Source: Salpingoeca rosetta (lineage: Eukaryota; Protista; Choanoflagellata). From it: a stretch of 64,000 nt of DNA. A program made the translations under genes and the position numbers. Location: NCBI GenBank assembly GCA_033442325.1, contig JAWQFM010000016.1, positions 796,423 through 860,422 of the forward strand. Reading direction: 5' to 3'. The notes under the pieces were generated by a model, which was not told the DNA's origin, did not search any database, and saw nothing but the letters and a program-made list of their open reading frames with translations. Within the stretch, counting starts at the first letter, position 1; every line of letters starts with the position of its first letter. Of this stretch, positions 1 through 16,248 are shown one piece after another.

Positions 1-624
1 GCAGCTGCTCCAGGGCCGCACCGACGTCGTCTGTGCCGGATGAGAAACGTCCAGCGAAACGCGTGCAGTCGTCGATGAAGGTCAGCGCGTAGCGTGCACC
101 TCGCAGCGACGTCTCCTCCAGCGGACCGGCGATGTCTGCGTAGAGCAGCTGGCATGGCCCAGCGCTGCGTGGAGCAGACTGCTTCGGGATGGAGGCGCGC
201 GTGCTCTTGCCAAGCGCACATGGTCCACAGGTGACGATGTGCTTGGAAGAGGCCTGGGCAATCTGCTGCCGGATGGCGTCGACGGCCGCGCTGCTGCGAT
301 GGCCTAGCACGTCGTGTGCAGAGGCGCCCTCGTCAGCATCCTCGGCTTCCCCATCGCTGCTGTGCACGAGCTCCCCCGCAAGCGCCGTGGCTTGTTGGGA
401 GGTCGTGGTGCTGGCGTAGAGGAAGAGATGGCCGGTGTCCTTGGACGGCAGCAGAGGCACGCTCCATGTGGCAAACTGGATGCGGCTGTCGTCCGCAGCA
501 ATGACGACGGAAGCACCACGACGCGCGCGAGTCACCAGGTTCAGCGCCAGAAGGTTGTACTTGATGTCGGGGACATGCAGCACGTTCTTCAGCGTGATGG
601 TACCTGGAGCGCCGTCTGTGCCAG

Positions 625-870
625 TGTTACAAAGGGGCTTCGCATGGTAAAGGGGAACAGAAGGACGTTTACTAGTGCCAGCCACGGGCATCAGCCCGGG
701 CCACACGAAGGCACAACGACAGAGAGGGGAAGCGATCGACAACAAGGAACGCAAAGGGCAAAACCACAAGGCCCAACGGAATGGCATGTGCAGATGAAAA
801 TCGTCCTACAATAAGGTCAAAGGACTACTTAAAGCACACGGTAGTCAGGCGGTACAGTTGCATCACAACA
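625..870 (-). mobile_element. 246-bp solo LTR inserted in copia pol
   Basis: TG...CA termini (plus TGTTAC...CACAACA) and 4-bp TSD CCAG at 621-624 and 871-874. Removing it restores the frame DAVLRVTG|TDGAPGTITLKNVLHVP. Minus-strand start TGTTGTGATG resembles the chromovirus LTR start TGTAGTGATG; orientation is inferred from that. Confidence 0.88.
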
Positions 871-1714
871 CCAGTCACGCGGAGCACGGCGTCGCCCTTG
901 CCGATGACCGTGACGGTCTGGCTGTTGGCAACGGTGACGTGCTGCGTGACGGCGACGTAGTTGGTGAGGAGGGAGGCGTCGCTGGTGATGTGCGCCGTGG
1001 CACCGCTGTCAGCGAGCCACAGCTGTGGTGGCACTGGTCCGATGGCGTGGCCCTCCTCGCCCTCGGGCTGCAGCATGAGGGCATCGTGGTGGATGGCGAA
1101 GGTCTCCACGCGCTGAGGGCCGTGGCTGACGACGGCCGCCTTCTTGAATGGAGCTGCTCGTCCGTGCTGCGGGCGAGAGGATCCTGGCCGCTTGCCGTTG
1201 CCGTTGCCGTGGTTGCGAAGCGTAGCCAGGATCTGCCGCACGTCGATGACGTGGTAGCGCTTGGCCGCCTGCAGCTTGCGGCACTGCTGCGCGCAGTGGC
1301 CGCGGAAGTTGCAGAACGCGCAAGTCACGCGCTCTGCAGGTGGACAGCATGGTCCACCGCTCGTGTCGGAGGGCGACGTGCCAGCGTGCATCGGCGATGC
1401 AGCGAAGGAGCCGGGGCTTGGCCCACCGATGGCGAGCACAGGCGTGCGCTTCTTGGGACGATGCAGGCGGCGCTCCTCCTGGATGAGGTCCGCCGTCATC
1501 TTGGACAGCGATGGCGGCGGGTCCTCGCGCTCCATGAACCGCATCGCCACATCAAACTCTGCGGGGAGTTCGTTGCGGACGAGGGTGCGCAGGTCGTCCT
1601 CCGGGATGGACACGCCGGCAGCAAGGAGCTGCGAGTTGATGTCCGTGATGCGGGACATGAACGTGTCGACGGTGTCCGTGGGCAACCAGGTGGTCGAGGA
1701 GAGCTGCTGCCTGA

Positions 1715-2181
1715 GACGACTGACGTGGTCCTTGCCGCTGCGGATGTAGCGCTCGCGGAGGCGGCGCAGCGCAAGCACACCGGAGCGGCCACGGTTGTCG
1801 GTGATGGCCAGCCGCAACGGGTGTCCTGTCAGGACGCCAAGGAGGAACGCGAAGATGGCTGCGTCAACCTGTGGATCACGGGGATCCAGCAGGCCAGAGG
1901 CTCGGGACGCCACCTGCGCTCCTCCGCTCGGAGTGGCGGAAGAAGGGACGACTGACGTGGTCCTTGCCGCTGCGGATGTAGCGCTCGCGGAGGCGGCGCA
2001 GCGCAAGCACACCGGAGCGGCCACGGTTGTCGGTGATGGCCAGCCGCAGCGGGTGTCCCGCTCAGGACGCCAAGGAGGAACGCGAAGATGGCTGCGTCAA
2101 CCTGTGGATCACGGGGATCCAGCAGGCCAGAGGCTCGGGACGCCACCTGCGCTCCTCCGCTCGGAGTGGCGGAAGAAGGGA
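1715..2181. repeat. Tandem duplication (~232/233 bp) within gag, causing a frameshift
   Basis: GACGACTGACGTGGTCCTTGCCG starts at both 1715 and 1947. The second copy has a 1-nt insertion near 2060. Confidence 0.92.
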
Positions 2182-2521
2182 GAGAGGAAGAGGAGGAAGA
2201 TGGGTGAGCGCCGTGGTCGTCGCCATCGCCCTCGTCGTCGTCATCGTCGTCGTGGTCCCCCGCGTCGTGGCGGACGCCAGTGCGGCGAGGGCCGCGTTGA
2301 GCGCGGGAGCGAGTGCGGGGACCCGAAGCACCGTGGGTGCTTGGGCTCGGCGATGAGGCAGCTGCTGGAGCCTGCCCGTCTCCTTGGTGGTCAGCACCAC
2401 CCTCGGCGATGATGCCAGCGTCGATGCCAGCGGCGATGAGCTTGGCCTCGACGGTGATGAAGAAGAGGTTGGCATCCTGCTCAGCGCCAGCGAAGACCTT
2501 GATGCCGTCTGCGCTAATTGA

Positions 2522-2537
2522 GCTGGGTCTCATAATC
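2522..2537 (-). promoter_or_regulatory. Primer-binding site complementary to a tRNA-Met anticodon arm (half-tRNA type)
   Basis: GATTATGAGACCCAGC abuts the LTR end with no TGG. Its complement GCTGGGTCTCATAATC contains a CT-CAT-AA anticodon loop, analogous to the Drosophila copia PBS GGTTATGGGCCCAG. Confidence 0.75.
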
Positions 2538-2860
2538 TGTTGTAAGTTCATGGTGGTGCTGCTGCTGTTGGAGACTTGTGTGTGTGTGTGTGCTGTGTGT
2601 GCTGTGTGTTGTGTGGGAGATTGTCTTGGCAAGAGGAAGTTGTGTGTGTTTACTTGAGTTGTGAAGCAAACAAGGATGTAGGATGAATGAACATGAACTG
2701 AGAGACACTCTCACACATAGACAGAAAACTGGAGGAGAGAGAGAAGTGCCACGTGGCAAAACAACCAGAAACGCCCGTTTCTGGGCGCACGTGCACAGAA
2801 ACGTTTACAGCAGAATTTGCTGACTCAGCGAGCATTGACACTGGAACAGTGATGTCAACA
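2538..2860 (-). repeat. 5' LTR of the copia element
   Basis: Minus strand starts TGTTGACA (2860) and ends TACAACA (2538). Its last ~155 bp are nearly identical to 5011-5193. A PBS follows immediately. The 2860 boundary is inferred from the shared TGTTGACA...GCTGAGTCA start of the other copies. Confidence 0.8.
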
Positions 2861-3220
2861 GCTGGGGCTGTACGACGTGCTGCATACCTGCAAACATGTC
2901 ACCAACAAGCGTGTCTGGTACACTCTGAAGCGTGAACTGCGAAGCACTTGATGAGGTACTCTGCGTCTCCGGTACAGGAACGAAGGAAGCTTGTACGGTA
3001 GACCCTACCATCGCAGGATCACTTGAGGTCGTACGCTCAGCGTTCATGGTTGTTGCGAACAAGCACCTTGGCGCGAAAACTGAAGCATGTCTGGCAAGAA
3101 TTGTCGTCCTCAGCACAAGCACGTTCAACTCGAATTTTATTGATTGGCACTGACTTTAGTGGAGTCGCATTGATTCACTATCCGGCAAGCGCAAAGCAAA
3201 TTTTGCCCCGGATTTGCTCT

Positions 3221-3884
3221 CACCGGAAAGCGCATACAGGATTGACTTTTCTCCTCTCAAGGTCAGGATTCATGACGTCATCAATGTGAAGTTCCTCAAA
3301 CGAACCAAGACGACACACGCGATTACTCGACCAGGCCGTATCAGTGTCAAACGCAGCAACGACTTTGCAGTCGAACGAATCTTGCACCATCAAAAGAGAA
3401 GAGCAAGAATGTTCTATTTGGTAAAATGGCTGGGCTACCCAGAACACGAAGCCACCTACGAGCCTGCTCACGCCTTTATTGGCAAGCGAGCCAAAGAGAT
3501 TCTCGCAGACTATCAACTTCACATCGCGAGACTGGAAGCACAAGGGCAAGGCAATCCTCAACGACAGCCACGTCGTTCTCGAAGAGGAGGGAGAGTGTAG
3601 TGATGTCATTCACTACGTCACATCCTAAGCGCGAACAACTCTTCCTTGTTCATTTCGTTCGGGACGCCCTATGTTCATTATGTCCCCCTTGTTCAGATCA
3701 AGTCACTTGTTCACTGTTGGTCCTTGTTCACCGCACGCTCGCTGTTCCTACTCGTCACTTGTTGTATGCTGTTGATTCATTGTTTTTACTTCCTCGTCTA
3801 CCTCAATACAACGGCTTCTTTCGCCATTGATAACGCGCACATACACACCCACACTTCTATACACACAACCTCCACATCATAACA
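3221..3884 (+). mobile_element. Ty3/gypsy chromovirus 3' end: integrase C-terminus with chromodomain, PPT and 3' LTR
   Basis: AYRIDF...IHDVINVKFLK integrase tail, then chromodomain FAVERILHHQKRRARMFYLVKWLGYPEHEATYEP (stop 3600). PPT GAAGAGGAGGGAGAG at 3581-3595. LTR TGTAGTGATGT...ACATCATAACA at 3596-3884. Confidence 0.88.
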
Positions 3885-3956
3885 CACATACACATTCACT
3901 CTCATGCTCACACTCTCACCCACTTGTACACACACACACACGCACAAGACACCGAG

Positions 3957-5200
3957 GTACATTTACGTTTGGAACATCGCCAACTTCAAGTGTGCAAGTA
4001 TGGTGTACCGCAGAGGCAGACATGAAAGATGGCCGTGTTGGCACTCGGTCGCCGAAGAAACGCTCGATTCCCTGTGGGTCAAGTTGGCGAGCCTCCTTGT
4101 TGCGTGCATGCTGGCGCATGCGGGTGCACACCCTGCCCATGCCGTGGGCTGACAGCTCAACGACCTTGCTTGAAAACGTAGCTGGCTCGGTGGGCGTTTT
4201 GACTTCCTTGTCCCACTTGCCTGTCTTGCGAAAGTCGATCTTGGCTTGAACGTAGCGTTTCCTCGTTGTTTGTGCGAGCTCCTGTTACTCACCAAGTATG
4301 TCGTGCTCCTTCGCGCACTTCAGGTTCATATCCCGAATAGCTTCGGTCACCGCCCAGCGCATATCCCCCACGTATGTATCTGCAAGGCATGCGTCAAACG
4401 GGCAAGGGTGAGTGGAACAAGCTTTGAATGGACTGTCAAAAAGAGATGCGCGCGTGTGCATGTGAGGTGGCAGTTGGTGCGTGTCTCTCTCTCACACTCT
4501 CGCACATCACATCCACACGCACACTGTTGCACATACACACATATTACACATACACACATATTTTCACACAAGCACATTCACACTTATGCTCACACTCACG
4601 CACCTTGAGATTTGGATTACGTTCGCGCGTGGTATGCCGAGACCGATGGAGGAAAACGTACGAAGGTGCGCGGGATGACTGGTGTCGGCCTCGGATTTGT
4701 TGTCAGCCTCGGGTTCGCCCGCTACAAGGTGCGCTTGCTGTTGACAGGCAAGTCCTGTCTGCTGAGTCATCATTGGCCTCCCTTCTTCACGACAGCACAA
4801 ATTCACATTCACCTCTCTTGTGTTCTGGAATGTTCACGTGATTTCCCTCCAACCTGTTGCACGTGCAGTGTTTAGCTTGTGTGGTTGCTCGATGTTACAT
4901 GCTCTTGCATAACACACCACATAACCACACAACTCTCAACAAACACTGCCACGTCACCACTTTGCGTTGTCGACAATTCTTGTCTTCTGCTCTGTTTCTT
5001 TCTGTTGGAGTGTTCATTCATCCTACATCCTTGTTTGCTTCACAACTCAAGTAAACACACACAACTTCCTCTTGCCAAGACAATCTCCCACACAACACAC
5101 AGCACACACAGCACACACAACACACAGCACACACAGCACACACAGCACACACACACAAGTCTCCAACAACAGCACCATCATGAACTTGCAACATTTGCAT
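3957..5200 (-). pseudogene. Decayed spliced gene or transposon gene fragment of unknown family, interrupted by a solo LTR
   Basis: Acceptor TGTAG at 5201. Exon MQ|AHLVAGEPEADNK... rejoins in frame across the LTR, then donor AAG/GTGCGT near 4603. Next exon SPFKAC...HDILGE*QELAQTTRKRYVQ... has an in-frame stop. Confidence 0.4.
4739..5193 (+). mobile_element. Copia-family solo LTR (455 bp)
   Basis: Starts TGTTGACA, ends TGCAACA. 3' part matches the LTR at 2538-2693. No PBS follows. Flanks CTTGC (4734-4738) and TTTGC (5194-5198) form a 5-bp TSD with one mismatch. Confidence 0.8.
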
Positions 5201-5234
5201 CTACACAAGCAGGTGCTGGACACTCATGGTGGTC

Positions 5235-5285
5235 AAGAAGAGAGGTCAATGCTGTGACTCAGCGGACAGGACTTGCCTGTCAACA
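5235..5285 (-). repeat. Truncated 5' fragment of the same LTR family (inverted relative to 4739-4787)
   Basis: Minus strand TGTTGACAGGCAAGTCCTGTCCGCTGAGTCACAGCATTGACCTC versus plus 4739 TGTTGACAGGCAAGTCCTGTCTGCTGAGTCATCATTGGCCTC. Confidence 0.7.
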
Positions 5286-5729
5286 TCAACAGCAACTTCG
5301 GGGGTGACAGGAATGCAGCAGGACCTGGGTTAAACGTGCTTGTATCGCTCCGGACACGGTCGTTTGAAGGGCTAATACTTCGCATCTATGCCGCACGTGA
5401 CAGATACACTGCTTGTACAGGCCATTTCCAGGATATGCGCAGTATCAAGCACAGCCACGCGGCCACACCGTCGACGTATGTAGTGTCGCTTGTCTGCCTC
5501 CCTGTGTCTCTCTTCGTCTCACCTGCTCCCTACGCTTTCTTTCCCCTCTCTTGCCCTTCGAGGCATCGTACTGTTTGGATGGTGTTTGTTCTCCTAACGA
5601 TCTGTTACCTCTCTTGTGTTCTGTCATGTTCGTTTGTTCAGGAAACTGAAGCTTTGACGATCTTTGATGTAAAATGTTCTATTTTTATGCCACCGTACTA
5701 CATAAAAGTCCAACAAGAGGAGGTGTGCA

Positions 5730-11741
<6,012 letters not shown>

Positions 11742-11945
11742 GATTTTTTGTGCTGTTGGAAACTGTCCCAAGACAGGCCCCCAAGACAGCGGCGGTTGCA
11801 CACCACACACCACCAACCAACAACGACTTGTTCTTCGCTCACATCACATCACTCACATCACTCGCTGCTGGGCCTCTCACCCCCCCCACACGCCCTGCTC
11901 CGTTCACTCACTCACAGGACCCACTTGTCACACCATTGCGCGACC

Positions 11946-13142
11946 ATGCGTGTAAGATGGCTGCCGGTAGCAGCAGGTTGGGCGGTTGCAGCAGTTGTGT
12001 TTGGGCTGCTGGCGTTGGCACACGAGAACGTCGCTGGAAACTTAGACGTTGGCCTGGAATCTGCTGACCTGGGCGATACAATCGAGCTGAGCGACGACGA
12101 CCTGCCGTACGTACACCCCCAGTTCAAGAGCCAAAGCGACCGGCGCGTGGCAGTTCCGCTGCCGGCGTCGGTCACCTTCGACCGCCCGCCGGACCCCACA
12201 GAGGAGCAGCTGCGCACCATGCGCATTGGCGTGGCGTCGCTCGCCGCGCCGCTCACCAGGGAGCACGCCAGCAAGGTGGCCAAGTACGTGTATTCCATGT
12301 GCCTCATGTTCCAGAGCTTTCGCCAGCACACGCGGTTCCAGAACGTGGAGTACGTCCTCATCACACGCAACACCTCCTGGGCGTTCACGGACGAGACGCA
12401 TCGCATCGTGCGTGCATGCAACATGAGGGTTGTCGAGCGCCCGCTGGCCATCAAGACCAAGTACGTCACCGACCCGTACTTCAAGACCGTGCTGCACGAC
12501 AAGGCGCTCGCTGGCATCGGCCTGCTGGACTACGACTTTCTTTGGCCGTGGTCCTTTGACCAGTACGACAAGGTGCTGGTGGTCGACTCGGACACATTCT
12601 TCACCAAGAGCATCGACCACCTCTTCACCCCGGACGTGGACATGGTGTTCACCAACGGGCCAAAGAGCCACGTCAACGGCGGCATGCAGGTCATCCGCCC
12701 AAACAAGCGCACCTTCCTGGACATGCGCAACCGCATCATCGCCCCCAACGCCTACCACCGCGAGACCGGGTGGTACAACCACGGCTTCATCCCGCCAGAC
12801 CAGTACGGGTCTGCCACCCTGCAGGGGTTCCTCACCTACTACTTCACCGCGGTCAACACCAACGTGCTGCAGGTGCCGCGCTGCCTGTACAACTACCAGT
12901 TTGACCACCTCTCCGTTGCCGAGACGTCGGACTGCGACGCCGTGTACATGTTCCACTTCACCGCGTGCCCAAAGCCCGTGACCAAGACGGTGGCCCAGTT
13001 CCGCGTGATCATGCGCCGCAAGAACAAGCCCCCGATATGCGAGTGCGCGTTCATGCGCTACAAAGAGTTTCAGCGAAAGGTGATGGAGGAGCTGCCGGAG
13101 CTCGGGGAAATCTTGCGGCAGCACGGCGAGGTGGCTGTGTGA
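11946..13142 (+). CDS. Type II membrane GT-A fold glycosyltransferase, GT8-like; single exon
   Basis: N-terminal hydrophobic anchor; YDKVLVVDSDTFF...SIDHLF DxD motif; NGGMQVIRP; QGFLTYYF; late HFTACPKP (GT8 HxxGxxKP-like). Strong GC3 codon bias. Confidence 0.8.
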   Translation: MRVRWLPVAAGWAVAAVVFGLLALAHENVAGNLDVGLESADLGDTIELSDDDLPYVHPQFKSQSDRRVAVPLPASVTFDRPPDPTEEQLRTMRIGVASLAAPLTREHASKVAKYVYSMCLMFQSFRQHTRFQNVEYVLITRNTSWAFTDETHRIVRACNMRVVERPLAIKTKYVTDPYFKTVLHDKALAGIGLLDYDFLWPWSFDQYDKVLVVDSDTFFTKSIDHLFTPDVDMVFTNGPKSHVNGGMQVIRPNKRTFLDMRNRIIAPNAYHRETGWYNHGFIPPDQYGSATLQGFLTYYFTAVNTNVLQVPRCLYNYQFDHLSVAETSDCDAVYMFHFTACPKPVTKTVAQFRVIMRRKNKPPICECAFMRYKEFQRKVMEELPELGEILRQHGEVAV

Positions 13143-13765
13143 CAGCAGACAGATAATGTGAGGGAGGGTGGTGGTGGTGGTGGTGGTGGTTGGCATGGTG
13201 TTGTGGTTACAGGTGTGGTGGTGGTGATGGTTGGTGCTCGGGGAGTAAGGGGGTGACACTGACGTCGATGGGAGTGATGAAATACCCTTTTGTTGAACAA
13301 TGTGATGGACATCACAATCATGTTGTTGTGTGAAGACATGCCTGTTGGGTTAGCCAACAGGGGACAATGGCCTGTGTGTCGTGCGTGGTTTTCGTGTGGG
13401 GCCGAGCCATGACATGTTCGTGTCTGCGGCAACCTGTGCCGGCTGTCTCTCTCGCCTCCTTCCTCTGTGTGCATCTCACATCACCGTGCCTGTGCTCCTT
13501 TCCAGCTGTTTGCATTGCGCTGTGCTCGCTGAATTTGTTACGCCCGAAGTACACAACTAACGCTCTATTCGTCCAGTCCATTAGGTCAGCAGGGGGTAAC
13601 GGCAGCGGTGGTTCAAGTGAATCAAGCGTGAAGGCGTGGTTGCGTACATGTGTGCGGGGGTGTCGGTGTGGTTTGGAAAAAGCACACACGCAGGAAGTCG
13701 GACGGACGGACGCAGACAGACACAGACACACAGGCACAAAGGTACAGACACACAGACATGCACAG

Positions 13766-13819
<54 letters not shown>

Positions 13820-13845
13820 ACAGAGACACACACACATGCACTGGT

Positions 13846-14301
13846 TCAGACGTGTGTCCGCTGCACGTGAAAGGCGAGGTCGGCGAGTGCGGCAGCGACA
13901 GCAGTATCAGCATCGAGATTGGCGCTGCCATCACGGTGTTCTTCCCGGTGGCATTGGCCCGTGTTGCAGTCGTGAAACGCATCTTCATCGTCATCACCAT
14001 CGTCGTCGTGCACTTCATGCTCACGTGCTTCAACAGATACCTGTGCTTGTGCATCTTCAGGAGCACCAGACAGCGTGGCTTCCTCATCCTCATCATCCTC
14101 TTGAAACCCTCCACCCATTCGCGCTTCCTCTGGCTGTGGTTGCTGCTGCCCATTGCGCAACTTCATGTGCAGCTGCTTCTCTGTCGCAAAGTACTTGTCC
14201 GCATCAAACTCACTGCAGTGTGCACGCGTGTGTACATACATATGCATTGGGTGCAATGTGTGTGACATGTGTATGTTTGTGTGTAATGGGTGTGATGTGT
14301 A

Positions 14302-14378
<77 letters not shown>

Positions 14379-14836
14379 NNNNNNNNNNNNNNNNNNNNNN
14401 NNNNNNNNNNNNNNNNNNNNNNNNNNNNNNNNNNNNNNNNNNNNNNNNNNNNNNNNNNNNNNNNNNNNNNNNNNNNNNNNNNNNNNNNNNNNNNNNNNNN
14501 NNNNNNNNNNNNNNNNNNNNNNNNNNNNNNNNNNNNNNNNNNNNNNNNNNNNNNNNNNNNNNNNNNNNNNNNNNNNNNNNNNNNNNNNNNNNNNNNNNNN
14601 NNNNNNNNNNNNNNNNNNNNNNNNNNNNNNNNNNNNNNNNNNNNNNNNNNNNNNNNNNNNNNNNNNNNNNNNNNNNNNNNNNNNNNNNNNNNNNNNNNNN
14701 NNNNNNNNNNNNNNNNNNNNNNNNNNNNNNNNNNNNNNNNNNNNNNNATGGCAGGAGGATTGTGACAATATTGTGACACTCTTCTTGCAGCTAAATAAAA
14801 ATATACACACAACCCTACACACACACACCACCACCA

Positions 14837-14876
<40 letters not shown>

Positions 14877-15849
14877 ACCCCCCCCCACCCCCCACCACAC
14901 ACACACAGATGCAGACACAGACATGAAGACTCGGACAGCAAGCGATGAGACGTACCGGCGGGATGAACGGTTTCAGCGTCGCGTATGCGATGAAGAACAG
15001 CCGTGGCGCATCCACCTGCACAAAGCAACAAAATGGCAACGCACACCAGAACGAGAGGTGAGCACGCGAAACCAGCACCATTGCCACGTGCGTGCGTGTG
15101 CGTGTGCGTGTGCGTGTGCGTGCATGATACCATGAAAGCGTGGCCGAGGCGCTCCGGGTACCGATCCATCAGCAGTGACATCACCGTCTGCCATGGTGAA
15201 TGCCGGTGGGCGCAATGCAGGGTGAGGTGGAGGTATCCACAACACTTATGTGAGGGCGACTGCCTTGACTTGGCGGTGCACAAGTGAGGGGGGGGAACGT
15301 GCAGTGGTGACATGGCGGACTGCAAAATAAAAAATAAAAAATGGTACAAATGCTAAAACTGGTGGCATGCAGCACACCTTGGTGACGTGCATGGGCGGGG
15401 AGTTGAAGATGGAGTAGCCTTTAAAGTCAATGAACAGCACGTGTTGCTCAACCCCCCTGCAACACACGACATGACAAGGGCGGCAAGGAGGTGGGTGAGC
15501 CACGTGAACCACGTACAAGGCCAGCAGGTGCGCTCGAAACACACGGAGCACTTCACCTTGTCTTGTCCATGCTGGCGCCTGCTCTCTCCAAGATGTATGC
15601 CATCAATCGCACCTGAACGTGAGGTGCGGGTTGGGTGTGGCACATCAACGCATGATCATACAGGTGGGAGGAGAGGCAGAGTGCACCAACATGGGAATCA
15701 CAGAGAGAGGCAGTCACACTGACCGACGGAGAGAGGGACAGACAGACAGACAGACAGACAGAGACACAATACAAAGCACACACACACACAGACACGATAC
15801 AATGCGCGCACACACACACACACACAGACAGACAGATACACAGACAGAC

Positions 15850-15915
<66 letters not shown>

Positions 15916-16157
15916 TACAATGCACACATATACACACACACAGACAGACAGACATGTACCTGGTCGTCGTAGTTCTTTGAGTTTTCGCGGCGTGGCCGCT
16001 GGTAAATGACGGGGCGACCGCTGCGGTCAAATCCGTGCAGATAGTTCTTCCCAGTCTTTGCCTCTGCATGGCGATTCCACACACGGTCGCAGAAGTGGAC
16101 CATGTGAGTGTCTTGCCAACCCGACGTTCTATCTGGCACTCCTCCGATCAGACACAA

Positions 16158-16248
<91 letters not shown>

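Larger units (their letters stand above)
1..2860 (-). mobile_element. Ty1/copia LTR retrotransposon, 5' part (5' LTR, PBS, gag, protease, integrase); continues off the left edge; disrupted
   Basis: Minus strand: gag with zinc knuckle CAFCNFRGHCAQQC, protease WLADSGATAH, LKNVLHVPDIKYNLL, integrase HHCC (HDVLGH...CGPCALGK) and core YADIAGP...YALTFIDDCTRF. Integrase directly follows protease (copia order). LTR at 2538-2860. Confidence 0.93.

Noticed and set aside
858-1955. 365-aa plus-strand ORF
   Set aside because: Antisense shadow of the GC-rich copia gag; no recognisable motifs.
5003-5168. TGTTGGAG...CTCCAACA as a short solo LTR
   Set aside because: Similarity to the other LTR continues to 5193 and no TSD flanks these inner ends.
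4739-5285. ~50-bp inverted repeats suggesting a MITE with terminal inverted repeats
   Set aside because: Better explained as two LTR 5' ends in opposite orientation; no TSD flanks the pair.
5273-5725. Plus-strand exon-like pieces (e.g. ETEALTIFDVKCSIFMPPYY)
   Set aside because: No recognisable product; the region is the likely ATG16L 3' UTR on the opposite strand.
12042-13259. 405-aa minus-strand ORF
   Set aside because: Antisense to the GT8 gene; a by-product of high GC3.
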